64,000 nucleotides of DNA from a virus: the IMG/VR virus record IMGVR_UViG_3300047323_000675. One strand, written 5' to 3'. Below, piece after piece: positions 59,670 through 64,000 of this stretch. The position numbers and the translations under genes were made by a program. The notes below the pieces were generated by a model, which was not told where the DNA came from, searched no databases, and saw nothing but the letters and a program-made list of their open reading frames with translations. The first letter of the stretch is position 1. Every line of letters starts with the position of its first letter.

Positions 59670-61037
59670 ATGAAATTATATACATTTGAAGAATTAGAGA
59701 AATTTACAAAAAAAGATATTAAAAATATCTTAACAGAGCGTGCTAAGATGTGTGGATCTTTATTAAATGATGCTCTCATTGGAAAAACTATAGAATCAGA
59801 AGGAAATGATGAAGAAGAAGAACCATTAAATTTCAAAATAAAAGAAATTATTTATCATCCTAGTAAAGAATTATCAATCAACGAAAAATTTATAGCCATA
59901 CCAGTAAACATCTATTTAGAAGATTATAATTGCACAACTAAAGCAGAAATTATATATGAAAATGAAACAACAGATTTTTCAATAAAAGATTTATTGCAAG
60001 AACAGATAATTAAAGGAACTAGATTTAGTTGGCGAGCAAAAAGGCTTCAGGGTTTAGATTATATTAATATAGAAATATTAATTCCTAATGCATTAATTAA
60101 TCCTGATATTAAAATATTTAATGAATATAATGATTTCATTACAACAAATCAAAAAGTAAGTTCAGTTAAAAAAATAAAACACAGAAAAGAATTAGAAAAA
60201 AAATTAGCTTTAGAAATAGAGGAGTTAAAATATCAAAAATTTAATATAGTAAAGGAATCTGGTTCGTATGTGCCTGAAGATAAAGAAGAATTAATGCAAT
60301 TTATTCATCATGCTAATCGAGTCTCTTTTGATAAACAAGCATTGGTTGAAGTTATGAAGAAATATTCAGATAATAAAGAAATAGTCGAAGCTATATTAGC
60401 AGGTTTTTATGAAGATATTTTCAAGTATGCATCAAATAGATTAAAAAACGATAGGGATTTTATAGAGTCATGTCTTGATAAAAAAATAGTCACTATCATG
60501 GAATATGTATGTGATAAATTTAAAGATGATGATGTATTAATACATAAAGCTGTTACAGTAAATGGTTCAGTTATTGAACATGCATCAGAAAGATTAAAAG
60601 ATGATAAAAATATCGCTCTAATTGCTGTCGGAAACAATCTAAGTGGGGATAGTGCTTATTTTAGTATTTCTGAGAATTTAAAAAAAGATAAAGATATTAT
60701 ATTAAAATTGGTTGAAACTAGAGGAGATTTTTTTGCAGTTTGTCCTGAAGTAGAAACCAATAAGGAACTGTTAATTAAAGCGTTTTCTACCGCATTTGAT
60801 CGTCAAAGCAGCAATTTATTAAGAAATACTAGTGAAGAATTAAGAAATGATAAAGAAGTTGCTTTAGCTGCAATAAAATGTAACCCTGATAACATTTATC
60901 ATATCGGTGAAAAATTAAAAAAAGAAATTGGTAGTTTTGATCCTTATACATATTTAAGTAGAATAGATTTATACAATGAAATAAATGAAGAAGTTATTAA
61001 TCATGAAGTTAGCCCAAAAAGAAAAATGAAAATGTAA
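59670..61037 (+). CDS. DUF4116-repeat protein with large N-terminal domain and tail
   Basis: KYASNRLKNDRDF, EHASERLKDDKNIAL, ELRNDKEVALAAI; ends KRKMKM; GGAG RBS before 59670. Confidence 0.8.
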   Translation: MKLYTFEELEKFTKKDIKNILTERAKMCGSLLNDALIGKTIESEGNDEEEEPLNFKIKEIIYHPSKELSINEKFIAIPVNIYLEDYNCTTKAEIIYENETTDFSIKDLLQEQIIKGTRFSWRAKRLQGLDYINIEILIPNALINPDIKIFNEYNDFITTNQKVSSVKKIKHRKELEKKLALEIEELKYQKFNIVKESGSYVPEDKEELMQFIHHANRVSFDKQALVEVMKKYSDNKEIVEAILAGFYEDIFKYASNRLKNDRDFIESCLDKKIVTIMEYVCDKFKDDDVLIHKAVTVNGSVIEHASERLKDDKNIALIAVGNNLSGDSAYFSISENLKKDKDIILKLVETRGDFFAVCPEVETNKELLIKAFSTAFDRQSSNLLRNTSEELRNDKEVALAAIKCNPDNIYHIGEKLKKEIGSFDPYTYLSRIDLYNEINEEVINHEVSPKRKMKM

Positions 61038-61046
61038 GGAATAAAT

Positions 61047-62417
61047 ATGAAATTATATACAATATCAGAATTAGAAAAATTATCATCAGATGAAATTATT
61101 GAGATTATTAATAGCCGTTACAAGCTATTCACCAAACTAACTAATGATGCAATTATTGGTAAAAAAGTAGAAACAATTGGCAGTAAAGCTAAAGAGATCA
61201 ACGGAAGACAGGAAAAAAGATCTTTCCCTATAAAAAACATTGAATATTTAGAGAATAAAAATCCACTTTTTGGTCAAGATGTTGCGATAATTCCAATCAA
61301 TATAATTCTAGATGGATATGATAGTAAAAGTAAAAATGGAACTCTTTATCATGATCATTTAACAACCAGTTCAATAAGTAATTTATTGCAAAAAAAAATA
61401 GAGAAAGACATAACAATTCATTGGAGTGCTAAAAAATTACAAGGACAAAATCATGTTAGTTTTGATTTATTATTCCCAATCAAGTTGATTGCTCCTGATA
61501 TAATTGCATATATAGATTATAATCCCGATTGGAATTCTAAAAAAATAATATCAAAAATAATAGATAATGAAAAAAAACAAAAATTAGAAAATAAATTATT
61601 AAAAGAAATTGAAGAAATTCAAAATAATAAATTTAATTTAATCAAGGAAAAACATGCATATGTTCCTGACAATAAAGAAGAATTAATGGAATTTATTCAA
61701 AAATATTCAAAAATATATGATAAAGATGCTTTAAATGAAGTAGTTAAAAAATATCCTGATAACAAAGAAATAGTATTAGCTGCAATAGGTCTTTTTAATG
61801 ATGAAGTTTTTAAATATGCATCAGATAAACTAAAAGATGATAGAGAATTTGTTAATTATTGTATTGAAAATCATAAAGGTAACATACTTGAATTTGCATC
61901 AGAAAGACTAAGAGATGATGAATCATTACTGCTAAAAGCAATTAAATCGGTCGGTGGTCAAATAATGAGAGCAGCATCAGATAGATTAAAAAATGATAAA
62001 AATATTGCGTTGATTGCAATTCAAAGTCAAGCAATGGCTTACACACACATTTCAGAAAATTTAAAAACGGATGAGGAAGTTATATCTATATTAATAGAGC
62101 AAAAGCCTGATTTTTTCAAACCACCTCCGATTATTCGAAATAACAAAGAACTTTTAATTAAAGCATTTAAAAATGCTTATCCTGACAGTAGCAATTTACT
62201 TTTAGAATATACTAGTGATGAACTTAAAAATGATACTCAAGTGGCTTTAGCTGCAATTGAATGTTCTCCAAGAAATATTGAATATATTGGTCAAAAATTA
62301 AAAGATGAAATTGGTGATTTTGAACCTTTTGCTTATTTAAAAAATATTGACTTATATAAAGAAATGCATAATGAAATGACAAATGACAATAGTAGTAAAA
62401 GAAAGCCAAAGATGTAA
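61047..62417 (+). CDS. DUF4116-repeat protein with large N-terminal domain and tail (paralog)
   Basis: KYASDKLKDDREFV, ELKNDTQVALAAI; ends KRKPKM. Confidence 0.8.
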   Translation: MKLYTISELEKLSSDEIIEIINSRYKLFTKLTNDAIIGKKVETIGSKAKEINGRQEKRSFPIKNIEYLENKNPLFGQDVAIIPINIILDGYDSKSKNGTLYHDHLTTSSISNLLQKKIEKDITIHWSAKKLQGQNHVSFDLLFPIKLIAPDIIAYIDYNPDWNSKKIISKIIDNEKKQKLENKLLKEIEEIQNNKFNLIKEKHAYVPDNKEELMEFIQKYSKIYDKDALNEVVKKYPDNKEIVLAAIGLFNDEVFKYASDKLKDDREFVNYCIENHKGNILEFASERLRDDESLLLKAIKSVGGQIMRAASDRLKNDKNIALIAIQSQAMAYTHISENLKTDEEVISILIEQKPDFFKPPPIIRNNKELLIKAFKNAYPDSSNLLLEYTSDELKNDTQVALAAIECSPRNIEYIGQKLKDEIGDFEPFAYLKNIDLYKEMHNEMTNDNSSKRKPKM

Positions 62418-62443
62418 AAAAAGCCAAATTAGTGGGCTTTTTT
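62417..62443 (+). terminator. Intrinsic terminator
   Basis: AAAAAAGCC-N9-GGCTTTTTT. Confidence 0.65.
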
Positions 62444-62465
62444 AATTTGTTATAATAAATTTATT

Positions 62466-62686
62466 ATGAACTTTTATTTTTCTTTTCAAATACAGTTATT
62501 AAAGAGTATAAAATAATTGATATTACACTTGAAACAACCAATCCTGACAAGAAATCACTTAAACAAATAGTAGAGTGTAAAGGAGTGTCAAGTAATGGTG
62601 AGGGAATTGAAAAACTAATATTCCCAAAATCAAACATATCTTTCAAATTAGAAAATGGCGAAATAAGCATATTTAAATCCTTATAG
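62466..62686 (+). pseudogene. Possible frameshifted small gene
   Basis: ATG 62466 precedes a T-rich tract; a shifted frame (SNTVIKEYKIIDITLE...FKSL*) is open to TAG 62686. Confidence 0.3.
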
Positions 62687-62802
62687 TTGTACTTTTCTAT
62701 TTCTATTAAATTATTTACTAAAAGTAAAATATTTTTTTCATTAATATCTAAATTAGACTATTTTCTGCTATAATACACTTTTTGAAGATATGGAGAAAAA
62801 TC

Positions 62803-63639
62803 ATGTTTTGGAGATTACATAAAGCTATTTTTGCGGAACAGATAGATAAAGCTGTGGAAGTAATCAAAGGATTAGGTGATGAATTCCAAGTAGTAAGTGG
62901 CACTCCATCTCAATTAGCCGAAGCTCCACTATCTATTAATCAACCAGCATTAGCTATTACTACTTTACAAGATGCACAAAGATTAATTCGAAAGGATTAC
63001 CCTAGTACTCCTTGGTTATTCTTCAATAATAATAAATATAAAGTATCTCATTGGTTGCCTCGTATTGATAAAACCATCCCAACTCTTAATAGAGAGGCTA
63101 TATTTCTTCCTGTTGGATTACTCAAAAACCTGACTTCTCAACAAGTTGATCGTATTGTTCCTAAAGGGGAAAAGATTTTTATTAAACCAGATACAGGAAA
63201 TAAAGTATTCACTGGATTTAGTATTATTAATGATGAAAACTTTATGAAAAACATTGAAGATAATTTAATGTTTTCACATATTGAAGCTGAAGAAATGTGT
63301 GTTTTATCTCCACACAAAGAATTGGAAGAAACTGAATGGCGTTTTTGGATTGCTGAAGGTGAAGTTATTGCCTATACACCATACTCATGGGATGATGAAC
63401 CTGAATTTTTTGAAGCTCCTAGCCAAGTTTTACAAATGGCCAAAGCTATGGCCAAAAACAATTGGCAACCCGATTATGTTTATGTAGCTGATTTTTGTAC
63501 TACAAAAGAAGGAGAAGTAATGCTGATAGAGATTAATGCTGCATCAACATCAGGTGTATATAAGGCTCAATTAGATAAACTATTACCAGGAATAAGACAT
63601 ACTTGCATTAGAGAATACGAAGGAACTATTGAAGATTAA
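62803..63639 (+). CDS. ATP-grasp domain protein (DUF4343/R2K-like)
   Basis: FIKPDTGNKVFTG, EWRFWI, VADFC, LIEINAASTSGVY; GGAG RBS before 62803. Confidence 0.75.
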   Translation: MFWRLHKAIFAEQIDKAVEVIKGLGDEFQVVSGTPSQLAEAPLSINQPALAITTLQDAQRLIRKDYPSTPWLFFNNNKYKVSHWLPRIDKTIPTLNREAIFLPVGLLKNLTSQQVDRIVPKGEKIFIKPDTGNKVFTGFSIINDENFMKNIEDNLMFSHIEAEEMCVLSPHKELEETEWRFWIAEGEVIAYTPYSWDDEPEFFEAPSQVLQMAKAMAKNNWQPDYVYVADFCTTKEGEVMLIEINAASTSGVYKAQLDKLLPGIRHTCIREYEGTIED

Positions 63640-63658
63640 TAATTAAAAGGAGATTACG

Positions 63659-64000
63659 ATGGATGAAGTTAAAAGTGTATCTAAAAAATTTAAAAAACCA
63701 GTATATATAGTTGATACTTCAAATAATCAGATTATAAGCAATGATACTGTATTTTCTATTAATGGTTATGATTTTGGTGATAGATTACTAGAAGGTGTGA
63801 TGTTTAGAGCTAAATTATCTGAAGATGGCAAAGAACTTACCGTTATTGGAACAAGTGATAATAAATATATGTCTGATCTTAATTCTGAAAAGTGGATGAA
63901 AGTAGCATTAAAGCTATTTACTCAAATCGCAAATGAAGGTGATTTTGTGTTTAGTGAAAAAAGCCATAAAAGCTCAGATTTAATTTTAGCAACAGAAGAA
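63659..64000 (+). CDS. Hypothetical protein (3' partial; not in ORF track)
   Basis: AAGGAG RBS; MDEVKSVSKKFKKPVYIVD... open to the window end. Confidence 0.65.
   Translation, partial: MDEVKSVSKKFKKPVYIVDTSNNQIISNDTVFSINGYDFGDRLLEGVMFRAKLSEDGKELTVIGTSDNKYMSDLNSEKWMKVALKLFTQIANEGDFVFSEKSHKSSDLILATEE

Noticed and set aside
17-62417. Tail as peroxisomal PTS1 signal
   Set aside because: Only one terminus (AKL at 7283) fits the canonical [SAC]-[KRH]-[LM]; the -3 position is unconstrained (V, P, L, I, N, T).
25799-63487. Other nested short ORFs (25799, 33558, 39476, 42420, 55135, 59654, 60407, 62224, 62464, 63281)
   Set aside because: Overlap better-supported frames; 62464 is the shadow of the + strand frameshifted ORF.
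1-64000. CRISPR array or diversity-generating retroelement
   Set aside because: All periodicity is codon-level protein repeat; no spacer-repeat structure, cas gene, reverse transcriptase or template/variable repeat pair seen.
1-64000. Eukaryotic giant virus origin
   Set aside because: SD sites, operons, Rho-independent terminators, sigma70 promoters and luxI/luxR indicate bacterial expression; no NCLDV core gene seen.

Overview
Very AT-rich, gene-dense DNA with bacterial expression signals: sigma70-like promoters, Shine-Dalgarno sites, ATGA stop/start overlaps and intrinsic terminators. I saw no rRNA, tRNA, CRISPR array, transposase, phage structural gene or replication gene, so the replicon type (megaplasmid/chromid, jumbo phage or host-associated bacterial chromosome) cannot be settled here. 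The window is dominated by expanded repeat-protein families: 36 related ankyrin-like genes (33 in one tandem array at 1.1-22.6 kb), 11 HRxDGPA (MORN-variant) repeat genes, two DUF4116 genes and one DUF285/BspA-like gene. About 52 proteins from unrelated families end in the same tail (helix L-x-x-E-L, then a Lys-rich stretch, then K-[LIVM]-COOH). Enzymes, regulators and the signal-peptide ankyrin protein mostly lack it, so it is a candidate translocation or targeting signal. Also present: three divergent radical SAM/SPASM-like genes plus a SPASM-only partner, a convergent luxI/luxR pair with two lux-box-like sites, trxB, a standalone C39-like peptidase, a MoxR/VWA pair, a class 3 lipase, an ATP-grasp protein, and a ~380-nt candidate structured RNA behind a stable-RNA-type promoter. 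All family calls come from visual motif recognition, not database searches. Several starts were moved from the ORF track to the ATG best supported by an RBS.
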